The position numbers and the translations under genes were made by a program. Below, piece by piece: positions 48,154 to 60,356 of a stretch of DNA of 64,000 nucleotides; position 1 is the first letter of the stretch; each line of letters begins with the position of its first letter. Origin of the DNA: Mycobacteriales bacterium (GTDB lineage: Bacteria > Actinomycetota > Actinomycetes > Mycobacteriales > SCTD01); the NCBI GenBank assembly GCA_046593925.1, contig JBKJQN010000097.1, positions 6,273-70,272 of the forward strand. Reading direction: 5' to 3'. The notes beneath the pieces were generated by a model. That model saw nothing but the letters and a program-made list of their open reading frames with translations, did not search any database and was not told the DNA's origin.

Positions 48154-48880
48154 CTAGGGCGTGTCTACTAGTGGGCTGCGGAGCCACATGATGATGCTGC
48201 GCAGGATCGCGGCGCCTGGGAAGCTGACAGGTCGTAGCGGGTGGCCAGGCCACGCCACTGCTTCACGCTCTCGTAGCAGCGCTCGACGACGTTGCGGCCC
48301 TTGCAGAGCTGTGTGTCGTCGCTGAACGGCCGGCCACCGGCCGAACCGCGGTTCGACCGGTGGTGCTGCCGGTTTGGCGCTCCGGGATCACCGCTTGGGT
48401 ACACCGGCTGCGGAGCAACGCGGTGGCCGCGGCTGGCGTAGGCCGTCTCGGCCAGCGGCGCATCAGGGCGGGTCCGCGCCCGTCCCGGGCCGCAGCGAGG
48501 GACCCGGAGCCGAGCGTCATCACCGGCAGCCTCGGCCTGTTGCCGCCCTGGCTGGGTCCGGCCGTAATGACCAGCGGGCGGCCGTTGCTGTCCACCAGCG
48601 TGGTCGTCAGACGACTAGCAGGCCGTGCCGCAGCGCCACCACAGCGGCATCGTCACCGGCCACGGAGCTGTCGACCACGGCGGCAAGCACGGCCCGTGTC
48701 CGCCGCAGGGGTTGGAGGTCGTTGCCAAGTACCCGCTAAAGCAGCGACGGCCGTCCGGCCAACAGCGACAGGCAGCCCCACACACCCGACTGGCACCAGT
48801 GGTGGTCGAAGGTGCGCGAGGTCACGGAGCTGTCGGCGCCGATCGCACGGTTGCGCTGACGGCCCTGGCCGCACCGGCAT
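48154..48880 (-). mobile_element. IS5-family (IS427-group-like) DDE transposase remnant, multiply frameshifted and N-terminally truncated
   Basis: Fragments in three frames: ...AIGADSSVTSRTFDHH..., ...LVDSNGRPLVITAGPSQGGNRPRLPVM..., ...SAGGRPFSDDTQLCKGRNVVERCYESVKQWRGLATRYD..., ...SFPGAAILRSIIMWLRSPLVDTP-TAG(48154). The order matches the remembered IS5/IS427 transposase layout. The 5' limit is approximate, and no terminal inverted repeats were identified. Confidence 0.7.
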
Positions 48881-48921
48881 CCGCAGCTGTCAGGCCCCGC
48901 CGCCGTGAGACCCAGCCTCCG

Positions 48922-50478
48922 TCAGACCTTGTTCGGGTACAGCGAGTACGTCGGGAAGTTGCCGTAGACCATGCCGTCGCCCTCGGTGACGGCCTGCACG
49001 AGCAGGTCGCCGCCGACGAAGGCGCCCTTCCACGACGCCCCCTTGCCGCCGAAGACCTCCTCGCGGTCGCCGCGGCTGCGTGGCTTGTTGATCCCGACCT
49101 TGAAAGCCTGCAGCTGCTCGCCGATGCGGGCGCCGAAGTCCAGGTCGTCGGTGGCGACGGAACCGACCAGCGCGCCGTTGCTGGCGTTCATGGCCGCGAG
49201 CAGTTCGTCCTCGGTGTCGACGAGCACGATCGAGTCCAGCGGCCCGAACGGCTCGGAGTGCCGAAGCGCCCAGCTCGGCGGCGGCTCGAGGACGCAGCCC
49301 GGCGCGACGTACGCATCGGTGTCCTGACCGGGCAGGAAGCGGCCGTCGGACAGCGACCCGGCGTACAGCGGGATGCCGCCGCCGCTCACGGCCGAGGACC
49401 AGTGCTCACGCAGCTCGGCAGCCTTACCGGCCGAGATCACCGGGCCGAACTGCAGGTCCGGCAGGTCGTCATCAGGGTTCTCGACCGCCAGCGGGTGCCC
49501 GAAGGCCAGGCCGCGCACGACCGGCAGGTACATCTCCAGGAACTGCGGGAACAGCCCGCGCTGGACGACGTAGCGCGGATAGGCGGTGCAGCGCTGCTTG
49601 GCGTACTCGAAGCCCTTGCGGAGGTGGGCAGCGAGGTCGTCCCAGCCGCTGTAGTCCCAGATGCCCCAGGTGTTGAGGCCCTCCTGCTCCAGCAGGTGCC
49701 GCTTGCCGGTGTCAGCCAGCGTCGTGGCGGCCTTGCGGCCGTTGGTCCGCCCACCGACGAAGGCCAGCGCCCCGATCTCCGGGCTGCTGATCAGCGCGTC
49801 GCCGAGCTGCGAACCCACCCCCGACAGCAGCGTGACGGGCAGGCCGGCGCGCTTCATGATCGCGTGCGCGAGCGTCAAGGTGTGGAAGCCGCCCTGCGAC
49901 GGGGTCTTGGCCACGACGCCGTTGCCGGCCAGGCACTGCACCAGCTCGGCGTGCACCTGCACGCTCATCGGATAGTTCCAGGACGCGATGTTGCTGACCG
50001 GGCCGGGGAGTGCGCGACGCCCCTGCAGCTGCCGCTCGATCTCGCCGAGGTACCAGTCGACCCCGTCGAGCGCCCGGTCGACGTCGGCGCAGGCCAGCTT
50101 CCACGGCTTGCCGATCTCCCAGACCAGCAGCAGGGCGAGGGTGTCGCGGTGCTCCCGCATGCCGGCGACGGCCTCGGCGACACGGCGCTTGCGCTCATCG
50201 AGGTCGACCCGCTGCCAGGTGTCGTGCTCGCGCTTGGCGGCGTGCACGGCCTCGACGGCCTCGTCGTGGTTGATACGGGGCGGACCCTGGATCGTTGAGC
50301 CGTCGACCGGCGAGGTGTGCGGGCCGGGGTCACCGATCGCCTTCCACTCGCCGCCGGCGAGGTTGGCGATCCGGTCGGCGTCGAACGCCTCAGGCGCGGC
50401 TGCGCGCGCGCGCGCGTAGACCTCGTTCCAGGACGTACCGGGCTTGAGCTGCAGGACCACGCGGACTCCCTCTGTCAT
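48922..50478 (-). CDS. Aldehyde dehydrogenase family protein
   Basis: Start reset to ATG 50478 (MTEGVRVVLQLKPG). Motifs: WNYPMSV, FVGGRTNG, catalytic Glu LLEQEGLN, Cys YAKQRCTAYPR. 518 aa. Confidence 0.85.
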   Translation of the reverse strand: MTEGVRVVLQLKPGTSWNEVYARARAAAPEAFDADRIANLAGGEWKAIGDPGPHTSPVDGSTIQGPPRINHDEAVEAVHAAKREHDTWQRVDLDERKRRVAEAVAGMREHRDTLALLLVWEIGKPWKLACADVDRALDGVDWYLGEIERQLQGRRALPGPVSNIASWNYPMSVQVHAELVQCLAGNGVVAKTPSQGGFHTLTLAHAIMKRAGLPVTLLSGVGSQLGDALISSPEIGALAFVGGRTNGRKAATTLADTGKRHLLEQEGLNTWGIWDYSGWDDLAAHLRKGFEYAKQRCTAYPRYVVQRGLFPQFLEMYLPVVRGLAFGHPLAVENPDDDLPDLQFGPVISAGKAAELREHWSSAVSGGGIPLYAGSLSDGRFLPGQDTDAYVAPGCVLEPPPSWALRHSEPFGPLDSIVLVDTEDELLAAMNASNGALVGSVATDDLDFGARIGEQLQAFKVGINKPRSRGDREEVFGGKGASWKGAFVGGDLLVQAVTEGDGMVYGNFPTYSLYPNKV

Positions 50479-50602
50479 GCCGGGGTGTGCACCACACCGC
50501 GATGCGCTGTGACCGGCGTCGCCCGGCGGCGGCCGCCTTGTTGCGTTGTACGGACCGGGTCGCACACTTTCCCACGAGGAGCCGCAGCCACCCGCACGAG
50601 GC

Positions 50603-51448
50603 TCAGAACAGGACGCTGGCGAAGGTCCCGACCAGGCCGAAACCGACCTTCTCGTACGCCCGCCGGGCGCCGGTGTTGAAGTCGTTGACGTACAAGCTGA
50701 CCACCGGCGAGATCCGCGCGCGGGCCAACTCCACGACGGCGGCGGTGCCGGCGGTTCCGTGACCGCGGCCGCGCAGCGCCGGGTCGACCCACACGCCCTG
50801 CACCTGACACGCCGCCGGGGTGGCCGCCCCGACCTCAGCCTTGAACAGCACCCGGCCGTCCTCGAACCGGGCGTACGCCCTGCCCTGGGCGACGAGCTCC
50901 TCGACCCTCGCGCGGTACAGCGCGCCGCCGCCGCCGGCGAGCGGGCTGACACCGACCTCCTCGGTGAACATCGCGACGCAGGCCGGCAGGAGCGCGTCGA
51001 CCTCGGAGCGGCGCACCGCGCGGACGGCCGGATCGGCAGCGACCGACGGCGGCCCGGAGATCGCCAGCAGCGGCTGGCGGGCACGCACCTCGCGGGCCGG
51101 CCCCCACGTCGACCGCAGGAGCTGCCACAACAGCCCTACCGCCTCGGCCTCCCCCACCACGGACGAGCAGCGCCGTCCCTGCCTGCGGGCGCGGTCCCCG
51201 AACGCTCGGACTGCCTCCGGCCCGGCCTGCACGGGCACCAGGTTGGCCCCGGCGTAGCAGAGCGCCTCGAGCCGCCCGCGCTCACCGAAACCCCAGACCT
51301 CGGCGCCGAGCCGCCAGCTGTCGACACCGCCCGCCAGCAGCCGTGAGGCGACGAAGACGTCCGAGACCGGGTCGACCTCGAGCAGAGCGAGTGCCTCTGG
51401 CAGGTCGCGACCGTCGAGGACCCGCGTCGACGAGGTCCTCAGCACCAC
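50603..51448 (-). CDS. GNAT family N-acetyltransferase with DUF4081-like N-terminal domain
   Basis: C-terminal GNAT (VWVDPALRGRGHGTAGTAAVVE...YVNDFNTGARRAYEKVGF). Position next to ispG as for Mtb Rv2867c. Confidence 0.8.
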   Translation of the reverse strand: MVLRTSSTRVLDGRDLPEALALLEVDPVSDVFVASRLLAGGVDSWRLGAEVWGFGERGRLEALCYAGANLVPVQAGPEAVRAFGDRARRQGRRCSSVVGEAEAVGLLWQLLRSTWGPAREVRARQPLLAISGPPSVAADPAVRAVRRSEVDALLPACVAMFTEEVGVSPLAGGGGALYRARVEELVAQGRAYARFEDGRVLFKAEVGAATPAACQVQGVWVDPALRGRGHGTAGTAAVVELARARISPVVSLYVNDFNTGARRAYEKVGFGLVGTFASVLF

Positions 51449-51517
51449 ACGAGCCTAGACGTGGACCGGCGACCGCGACGCCGAAGCCTGCGCAACGCAC
51501 CGGCCCGCCTGGGCGAC

Positions 51518-52669
51518 TCAGGAAACGGCGACAGCCGCCTGGCCCGACGGTCCGTCGTAGGCCTCGGCGAGCCGCAGCGCCTCCTCCACCAGCGTCTCGA
51601 CGATCTGCGACTCGGGGACGGTCTTGATGACCTCACCCCTGACGAAGATCTGGCCCTTGCCGTTGCCGGAGGCGACCCCGAGGTCGGCCTCGCGGGCTTC
51701 CCCCGGGCCGTTGACGACGCAGCCCATCACGGCGACCCGCAGCGGCACGGTCAGGCCCTCGAGCCCGGCCGTTACCTGCTCGGCGAGGGTGTAGACGTCG
51801 ACCTGCGCACGGCCGCACGACGGGCACGACACGATCTCAAGGCCGCGTTGCTTGAGGTTGAGCGACTCCAGAATCGCCAGGCCCACCTTGACTTCCTCGA
51901 CGGGCGGCGCGGACAGCGAGACCCGGATCGTGTCGCCGATGCCCTCGGCCAGCAGCGCGCCGAATGCGACCGCCGACTTGATGGTGCCCTGGAAGGCCGG
52001 ACCGGCCTCCGTGACGCCCAGGTGCAGCGGGTAGTCGCAGGCCCGCGACAGCTGGCGGTAGGCCTCGACCATGACGACCGGGTCGTTGTGCTTGACCGAG
52101 ATCTTGATGTCACGGAAGTCGTGCTCCTCGAACAGCGAGCACTCCCAGAGCGCGGATTCCACCAGCGCCTCTGGCGTCGCCTTCCCGTACTTGGCCATGA
52201 TCCGCTTGTCCAGGCTTCCGGCGTTGACACCGATCCGGATGGGGGTGCCGGTCTCGCGGGCCGCCCGGGCCACCTCGCCGACCTTGCCGTCGAACTCGCG
52301 GATGTTGCCCGGGTTGACCCGGACAGCCGCGCAGCCGGCGTCGATGGCCTTGAAGATGTACTTGCTCTGGAAGTGGATGTCGGCGATCACCGGCAGCTGG
52401 CTGTGCCGGACGATCGCGGCGAGCGCGTCGGCATCCACCGGGTCAGGTACGGCGACCCGCACGATCTGGCAGCCGGTGGCGGTCAGCTCGGCGATCTGCT
52501 GGAGCGTGGCGTCGACATTGGCGGTCACCGTGGTGGTCATCGACTGGACGCTGATCGGCGCGCCACCGCCGACGAGCACCCCGCCGACGTCGATCTGCCG
52601 GGTCGCCCGGCGGGGGCTGAGCACGGGTGGCGGCAGCGCAGGCATGCCGAGGCTCACGGGGACGGTCAC
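51518..52669 (-). CDS. ispG: 4-hydroxy-3-methylbut-2-en-1-yl diphosphate synthase (flavodoxin)
   Basis: [57 protein letters not shown] 52669 is in a GTGA overlap with the upstream stop (alternatives 52657 and 52645). Confidence 0.95.
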   Translation of the reverse strand: MTVPVSLGMPALPPPVLSPRRATRQIDVGGVLVGGGAPISVQSMTTTVTANVDATLQQIAELTATGCQIVRVAVPDPVDADALAAIVRHSQLPVIADIHFQSKYIFKAIDAGCAAVRVNPGNIREFDGKVGEVARAARETGTPIRIGVNAGSLDKRIMAKYGKATPEALVESALWECSLFEEHDFRDIKISVKHNDPVVMVEAYRQLSRACDYPLHLGVTEAGPAFQGTIKSAVAFGALLAEGIGDTIRVSLSAPPVEEVKVGLAILESLNLKQRGLEIVSCPSCGRAQVDVYTLAEQVTAGLEGLTVPLRVAVMGCVVNGPGEAREADLGVASGNGKGQIFVRGEVIKTVPESQIVETLVEEALRLAEAYDGPSGQAAVAVS

Positions 52670-53979
52670 GAGGGCAGCCTCACGGGGTTGACGATGTCGG
52701 CGCCGACCAGGAGCAGGGTGAAGATCAGGAACGTCCCGGCCACCCCGTACGTGATCGGCAGGAGCTTGTTGTAGTCGACCCGCCGGATCGGCCCGGCGTA
52801 GCCGCGGGCCCGCCGGAGCTTGTCGCGGGCGCTCTCGAACCACACGACGGCGATGTGCCCACCGTCCAGCGGCAGCAGCGGGAGCAGGTTGAACAGCCCG
52901 ACGAACAGGTTGAGGCTGGCGACGATCAGCACCAGGTTGAGTGCCTTGAAGCCCCAGGACTCCTGTTGCTCCAGCACCTGGCCGCTGATCCGGCCGGCTC
53001 CGACGATCCCGATGAAACCCTCGGGATCCCGGTTGGGGCTGTAGATCTTGGTGATCGAACCGAGCTTGCTGGTCACCGTGGTGACGATGCCCTGTCCGAA
53101 CAGCTTCAGCGTGTTGCCGCTTGCCGACAGGCTCGGCCCGAGCCCCTCGTGCACGACGTCCTGGCGCTGCTGCACGCTGATGCCGATGGTCCCGGCGCTG
53201 ACCCGCTTCGTGGCGTCCTGCAGGTCGACCCGGCTGATCGCGGCGGGCACGACATCCAGCGCGACGGTGGCGCCCGCCCGCCGGACGTCCAGGCGGACCG
53301 GCTGGTCGGCAGCTGCGCGCAGCGCAAGGGTGAGGTCGCGCCCGTTGGCGAGCGGCTTGCCGTCGACCGCGGTCACGATGTCGCCCACCTGCAGCCCCGC
53401 CGCCTTCGCGGGTGCGGGGCGCGCGTCGGGCAGTGCGCACACCCGGTCGGCGGGGACGTCCGGCTTGCCGGGGCCGGGGTCGCTGGCGACGCAGTCGGCG
53501 AGGCGCCCGACGGACGGGCTGATCTCCTGCGGTACGCCGAGCGCGAGGATGCCACCGAGCACGAGTACGCCGGCGATGATGAAGTGCATCGTGGAGCCGG
53601 CCGCGAGCACCACCGTCTTCTGGCCGGGCGGGAAACGGAAGAACGCCCTCGGCTCGTCGCCGGGCTCGAGCTCCTCCAACGGGGTCATTCCGATGATCTT
53701 GACGAAGCCGCCCGCCGGGACCGCCTTCACGCCGTACTCGGTCTCCCCGCGCCGCCGCGAGAACAGCGTCGGGCCAAAGCCGACGAAGAACTGGGTGGCC
53801 TTCATCCCGTAGTGCCGGGCAGTGAGGAAGTGACCGGCCTCGTGCAGGACGACGGAGACCAGCAGCGCAACGAAGAACACCACCGCGCCGACCAGGTATG
53901 CGCCGTGCCCGCTGCTGATGGCGAGGGCGACGAGCAGCGCCCCGACCAGCAGCGTGCCCAGACCTTGCAGCTTGCTCAC
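52666..53979 (-). CDS. M50 family site-2 protease (RseP/Rip1 type) with PDZ domain
   Basis: [15 protein letters not shown] zinc motif, PDZ ([20 protein letters not shown]), [15 protein letters not shown] 53979 is in a GTGA overlap with the dxr stop. Confidence 0.92.
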   Translation of the reverse strand: MSKLQGLGTLLVGALLVALAISSGHGAYLVGAVVFFVALLVSVVLHEAGHFLTARHYGMKATQFFVGFGPTLFSRRRGETEYGVKAVPAGGFVKIIGMTPLEELEPGDEPRAFFRFPPGQKTVVLAAGSTMHFIIAGVLVLGGILALGVPQEISPSVGRLADCVASDPGPGKPDVPADRVCALPDARPAPAKAAGLQVGDIVTAVDGKPLANGRDLTLALRAAADQPVRLDVRRAGATVALDVVPAAISRVDLQDATKRVSAGTIGISVQQRQDVVHEGLGPSLSASGNTLKLFGQGIVTTVTSKLGSITKIYSPNRDPEGFIGIVGAGRISGQVLEQQESWGFKALNLVLIVASLNLFVGLFNLLPLLPLDGGHIAVVWFESARDKLRRARGYAGPIRRVDYNKLLPITYGVAGTFLIFTLLLVGADIVNPVRLPS

Positions 53980-55181
53980 GCCCGCGTCCTCTCGACCAGC
54001 TCCTGGGCGCGGTGCCGCGCCCACTGCTCCACCTCCAACACCTCGGCCAGGTCGGGACGTTCCCTGAAGGGGTGTGACGTCACGACCTCGGCGACCGTGT
54101 CGACGACGCCGAGAAACGGCAGCCGGCCGGCCAGGAAAGCAGCGACGCACTCCTCGTTCGCAGCATTGAGCGCTGCGGGCGCGGTGCCACCCCGTCGCCC
54201 GGCGTCCTTGCAGAGCTCGACGGCCGGGAAGGCGGCGCCGTCCAATGGCTCGAACTGCCAGGTCGTCGCCGTCGTCCAGTCCAGGCCGTACGACGCCCGG
54301 GGCAGCCGGTCCGGCCAGCACAGCGCGAGGCCGATCGGCAGCCGCATGTCCGGTGGGCTGGCCTGAGCCAGCGTCGAGCCGTCGACGAACTCCACCATCG
54401 AGTGCACCAGCGACTGCGGGTGCACCACGACGTCCAGGGCGTCGTACGACACCCCGAACAGCAGGTGCGCCTCGATCACCTCCAGGCCCTTGTTGACCAG
54501 CGTGGCCGAGTTGACGGTGATCACCGGGCCCATCTCCCAGGTCGGGTGGGCCAGGGCCTGCGCCGCCGTGACCTCGGTCAGCGATGCCCGGCTGCGGCCA
54601 CGGAATGGCCCGCCGCTGGCGGTCAGCACCATCCGGCGCACCTCGTCGGCCCGGCCACCGCGCAGGCACTGCGCGAGCGCGCTGTGCTCGGAGTCCACCG
54701 GCACGATCTGATCGCGGTACGGCGTGACGAGCGGCCCACCCGCAACCAGGCTCTCCTTGTTGGCCAGTGCGAGCGTCCGGCCGGCCGAAAGGGCCGCGAG
54801 CGTCGGCGCGAGCCCGACCGACCCGGTCATCCCGTTGAGCACGACGTCGCAGGGCCAGGCCGCAAGCTCGGTCATCGCGTCGGGACCGGCCAGGATCTTG
54901 GGCAGCCGGTAGTCGCCGCGGGAGTAGCCACCGGCCTGAGCGGCGGCGTAGAAGGCCAGCTGCAGGTCCTGCGCGGCGGTCGCTCTGGTGACCGCGACGA
55001 CCTCGACGCCGAGCTCGAGGGCCTGCTGGGCGAGCAGCTCGACCCGGCCGCCGCCGGCACCGAGACCCACCACCCGCAGCCGATCGGGGTTGTCGCGTAC
55101 GACATCGACTGCCTGGGTGCCGACTGACCCGGTCGAGCCGAGCAGCACGACCTCGCGGGGGGCGTGCGGGGAGGCGGCCAC
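53976..55181 (-). CDS. dxr: 1-deoxy-D-xylulose 5-phosphate reductoisomerase
   Basis: [44 protein letters not shown]. Confidence 0.95.
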   Translation of the reverse strand: MAASPHAPREVVLLGSTGSVGTQAVDVVRDNPDRLRVVGLGAGGGRVELLAQQALELGVEVVAVTRATAAQDLQLAFYAAAQAGGYSRGDYRLPKILAGPDAMTELAAWPCDVVLNGMTGSVGLAPTLAALSAGRTLALANKESLVAGGPLVTPYRDQIVPVDSEHSALAQCLRGGRADEVRRMVLTASGGPFRGRSRASLTEVTAAQALAHPTWEMGPVITVNSATLVNKGLEVIEAHLLFGVSYDALDVVVHPQSLVHSMVEFVDGSTLAQASPPDMRLPIGLALCWPDRLPRASYGLDWTTATTWQFEPLDGAAFPAVELCKDAGRRGGTAPAALNAANEECVAAFLAGRLPFLGVVDTVAEVVTSHPFRERPDLAEVLEVEQWARHRAQELVERTRA

Positions 55182-55242
55182 GTGACCAGTGTCCCAGGTC
55201 CGCGGGCGTGCGCCCGACGACCGGGCGGGTCAGGATCATCGG

Positions 55243-55758
55243 GTGGCCTCCGAGTACCGGCTCAAGCGCGGCCCCGTCATCGTCGTGCTGGCTGTCGTCG
55301 CGGTCATCGGCGTGCTGCTGATCGGCCGCAACTCGGTCAAGCCGCAGGTCGACGTGTACGGCGCGGTCACCGTCCCGGACGCCTACGACGGGACGACGTA
55401 CGCCTTCGACGGGCTGGTGTGCCTGCGCGCCAGCTCGATCGGGGCCCGGATCGGCGGGTCCGCGGACGGCGGCGACACCCGGATCGGGCTGCGCCCGGAC
55501 GGCGCCCCTGTCACGATCGCCTACCCGGTGCGGCCGGACGCGGTGCAGCCGCTGGCAGGCACCGACGTACCGGCCGGCGACCAGCAGTGCACCCGGGTGC
55601 TGGTGACCCCGCGCGGGCAGGGGCAGCGCCAGGCCGGCGCGGTCCGCGTCTCCTTCCGCTACGGGCCCTTCGGGCTGCTGCGCAGCACGGCGACCGTCGT
55701 GCCGCCGGTGACGCTGCAGGTCACCGGCACCGGCACCGACCCGCGTACCGGGGCCTGA
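55243..55758 (+). CDS. Hypothetical single-pass membrane-anchored protein
   Basis: RGPVIVVLAVVAVIGVLLIG TM helix followed by a 130-aa extracytoplasmic-looking domain. Start GTG 55243 was chosen because the track start (55189) is only 7 nt from the divergent dxr start. No family recognised. Confidence 0.5.
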   Translation: MASEYRLKRGPVIVVLAVVAVIGVLLIGRNSVKPQVDVYGAVTVPDAYDGTTYAFDGLVCLRASSIGARIGGSADGGDTRIGLRPDGAPVTIAYPVRPDAVQPLAGTDVPAGDQQCTRVLVTPRGQGQRQAGAVRVSFRYGPFGLLRSTATVVPPVTLQVTGTGTDPRTGA

Positions 55759-55761
55759 GAC

Positions 55762-56151
55762 TCAGCGCGCCACCGGGAGCCGGACCAGGACCCGGCAGCC
55801 GGCCCCGGAGTTGCTGATGGCGACGTCGCCGCGGTGCACCTCACCCCATCCGCGGGCGGTGGCGAGCCCCCGGGCCTGCCCGGTCGTCGTCCCCGGGGTC
55901 CCGGCTGCGCTGCCCGTGAAGGCGACGTCGAGCAGGCAGGTCCTGCTCGTGCAGACGGACGCTGGTCTCGGCCGGCCGGCGGTCCAGGGCGGCAAGCTCG
56001 GCCGACAGCGGCCGGTCGACGCGGCGTGCGGCGCCTCGCTGAGCGCTCCCGCCGCGACCCCGAGGGCCGCGCTGCCCGCGACGACGGTCCGGCCGGCAGC
56101 CCCACCGGTCCCGTCCGGGTGCGCCTGGAGGTCCGCGACCGGGTGCGCGCC
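55762..56151 (-). pseudogene. Possible decayed HATPase_c / anti-sigma-factor-like ATP-binding protein (frame-switching remnant)
   Basis: The best coding signal runs frame X (HPVADLQAHPDGTGGAAGRTVVAGSAALGVAAGALSEAPHAA), then frame X+2 (RVDRPLSAELAALDRRPAETSVRLHEQD), then frame X again (LLDVAFTGSAAGTPGTTTGQARGLATARGWGEVHRGDVAISNSGAGCRVLVRLPVAR-TGA). No start codon follows the rlmN stop. The family guess is weak. Confidence 0.3.
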
Positions 56152-57207
56152 TCAGATCTCGGCGGCGGCGAGCTGGCCGCAAGCCCCGGCGATCTCCTGT
56201 CCGCGGGTGTCACGCACGGTCGTGGCGATGCCGGCCGCACGCAGCCGCCGGACGAACTCGCGCTCAACCGGCTTGGCTGAGGCGTCCCACTGCGAGCCGG
56301 GCGTGGGGTTGAGCGGGATGAGGTTGACGTGTACGAGCTTGCCGCGCAGCAGCCGGGCGAGCAGGTCGGCGCGCTGCGGCTGGTCATTGACACCGCCGAT
56401 CATGGCGTACTCGATCGACAGCCGGCGACCGGTCGTGCGGGTATAGCCCAGGGCCGCGGCCAGCACCTGCTTGACCGGCCAGCGGGTGTTGACCGGGACC
56501 AGCGTGTCGCGCAGCTCGTCGTCGGGCGCGTGCAGCGACAGGGCCAGGGTGACCTGCAGACCCTCCTGGGTCAGCTTCTCGATCGCCGGGACGACCCCGA
56601 CGGTCGACACGACGACGTTGCGCTGCGACAAGCCCAGCCCGTACGGAGCGGGGTCGGTGAGCCGGCGGACGGCACCGACCACGCGCGCGTAGTTAGCCAG
56701 CGGCTCGCCCATCCCCATGAACACCACGTTGGTGACCCGCTCGCCGGCCCGCAGGACCTGCTCCACGATCTCGCCGGTCGACAGGTTGCGGGTCAGGCCG
56801 GCCTGGCCGGTGGCGCAGAACGGGCAGGCCATCCCGCAGCCGGCCTGGCTGCTGACGCAGACGGTCGTCCGGTCGGCGTAGCGCATCAGCACCGACTCGA
56901 CGAGCGTGCCGTCGTGCAGCCGCCAGACGCTCTTGCGGGTGGCGCCGTCGTCGCAGTCGATCTCGCGGGCGACGCTCAGCAGGTCGGGCAGCAACGGCGC
57001 GAGGCGTTCGCGGGAGGGGGCACCGAGGTCGGTCATCTGTGCCAGGCCCCGGCCGGCGAACACGTGCCGTGACAGCTGCTCGGCACGGAACGGCCGCTCC
57101 CCGAGCTCGGCGACGGCGGCGCGGCGGCCCGCTGCGTCGAGGTCGAGCAGGTGCCGCGGCGGCAGTCCCCTGCGCGGGGCGTCGAAGACGAGCGGCAGGG
57201 CGGTCAC
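56152..57207 (-). CDS. rlmN: 23S rRNA (adenine2503-C2)/tRNA methyltransferase RlmN
   Basis: Radical [37 protein letters not shown]. Confidence 0.93.
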   Translation of the reverse strand: MTALPLVFDAPRRGLPPRHLLDLDAAGRRAAVAELGERPFRAEQLSRHVFAGRGLAQMTDLGAPSRERLAPLLPDLLSVAREIDCDDGATRKSVWRLHDGTLVESVLMRYADRTTVCVSSQAGCGMACPFCATGQAGLTRNLSTGEIVEQVLRAGERVTNVVFMGMGEPLANYARVVGAVRRLTDPAPYGLGLSQRNVVVSTVGVVPAIEKLTQEGLQVTLALSLHAPDDELRDTLVPVNTRWPVKQVLAAALGYTRTTGRRLSIEYAMIGGVNDQPQRADLLARLLRGKLVHVNLIPLNPTPGSQWDASAKPVEREFVRRLRAAGIATTVRDTRGQEIAGACGQLAAAEI

Positions 57208-57250
57208 CTGCAGCTCAGCGCCGGTCGGGCCGCAGACCTTCCCGCGCGTC

Positions 57251-58110
57251 TCACGGCAGTCCGACGAACAACAGCAGCAGCAGCCAGGCGACCGGCGCGG
57301 TCGGCAGCAGCGAGTCCAACCGGTCCATCAGTCCGCCGTGGCCGGGCAACAGCGCACCCATGTCCTTGATGCCGATGTCCCGCTTGACCATCGACTCACC
57401 GAGGTCGCCGAGCGTTGCCGTGCACACGACCGCCAGGCCGTACACCGCACCGAGCAGTGGCGAGGCGTGGAACAGCGTCGCAAAGAGGATCGCACCCGCG
57501 ACCGCGCAGGCCAGCACCGAGCCGCCGAAGCCCTCCCAGGACTTCTTGGGCGACACGCTCGGGGCCATCGGGTGCCTGCCGAACAGCACGCCCGCGGCGT
57601 AGCCCCCGACGTCGCTGCAGACCACCGTCGCGACAAACGCGGTCACCCGTCTCGGTCCGTCGGACGGCTGCGCCAGCAGCGCCGCGAATCCCAGCAGGAA
57701 CGGCACGTACGCCGCGGTGAAGGTGGCCGCGGTGACGTCGCGCAGGTAGCCGGGCGAGGACTCGGGCAGCCGCCAGAGCAGGCAGGCGATCGTGGTGAGC
57801 ACCAGGGTCAGCACCAGCGCGCCGGCGCCCTCGCGATAGGCCAGCACGATCATCGTCGCGCCGCCGACGACAAGCACCGGCAGCGGTGGCCGGGCCCCGA
57901 GGGTGCGCAGCGCGACAACCACCTCGCGGGTGGCGACTCCGGACGCGCCGACCAGCACCCCGATGAACACCCAGCGGGCCGGGGAGAACAGCGGGACCGT
58001 GATGAGCAGCCCGAGGGCGAGACCGACCCCGATGGCCACGGGCAGGTTGCGACCCGCGCGCCCGGGCACCCTCGGCGCCTGGCCAGTCGTCGCTCCGGTG
58101 GACCTCGCCA

Positions 58111-58111
<1 letters not shown>
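57251..58111 (-). CDS. cdsA: Phosphatidate cytidylyltransferase
   Basis: Multi-TM, with C-terminal signature [28 protein letters not shown]. Confidence 0.92.
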
Positions 58112-60273
<2,162 letters not shown>

Positions 60274-60356
60274 GTCTTCTCTCAGGTGTGAGGGTCTGGT
60301 GGGCAGCGGTCGGCGCCACGGTCCCCCGGGGTGCAGGCCCGCGGCGCCGGCACGGG

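Noticed and set aside
51461-54366. Plus-strand ORFs 51461..52774 (437 aa) and 52627..54366 (579 aa)
   Set aside because: They are shadows of ispG and the M50 protease with no motifs. The minus-strand genes are unambiguous.
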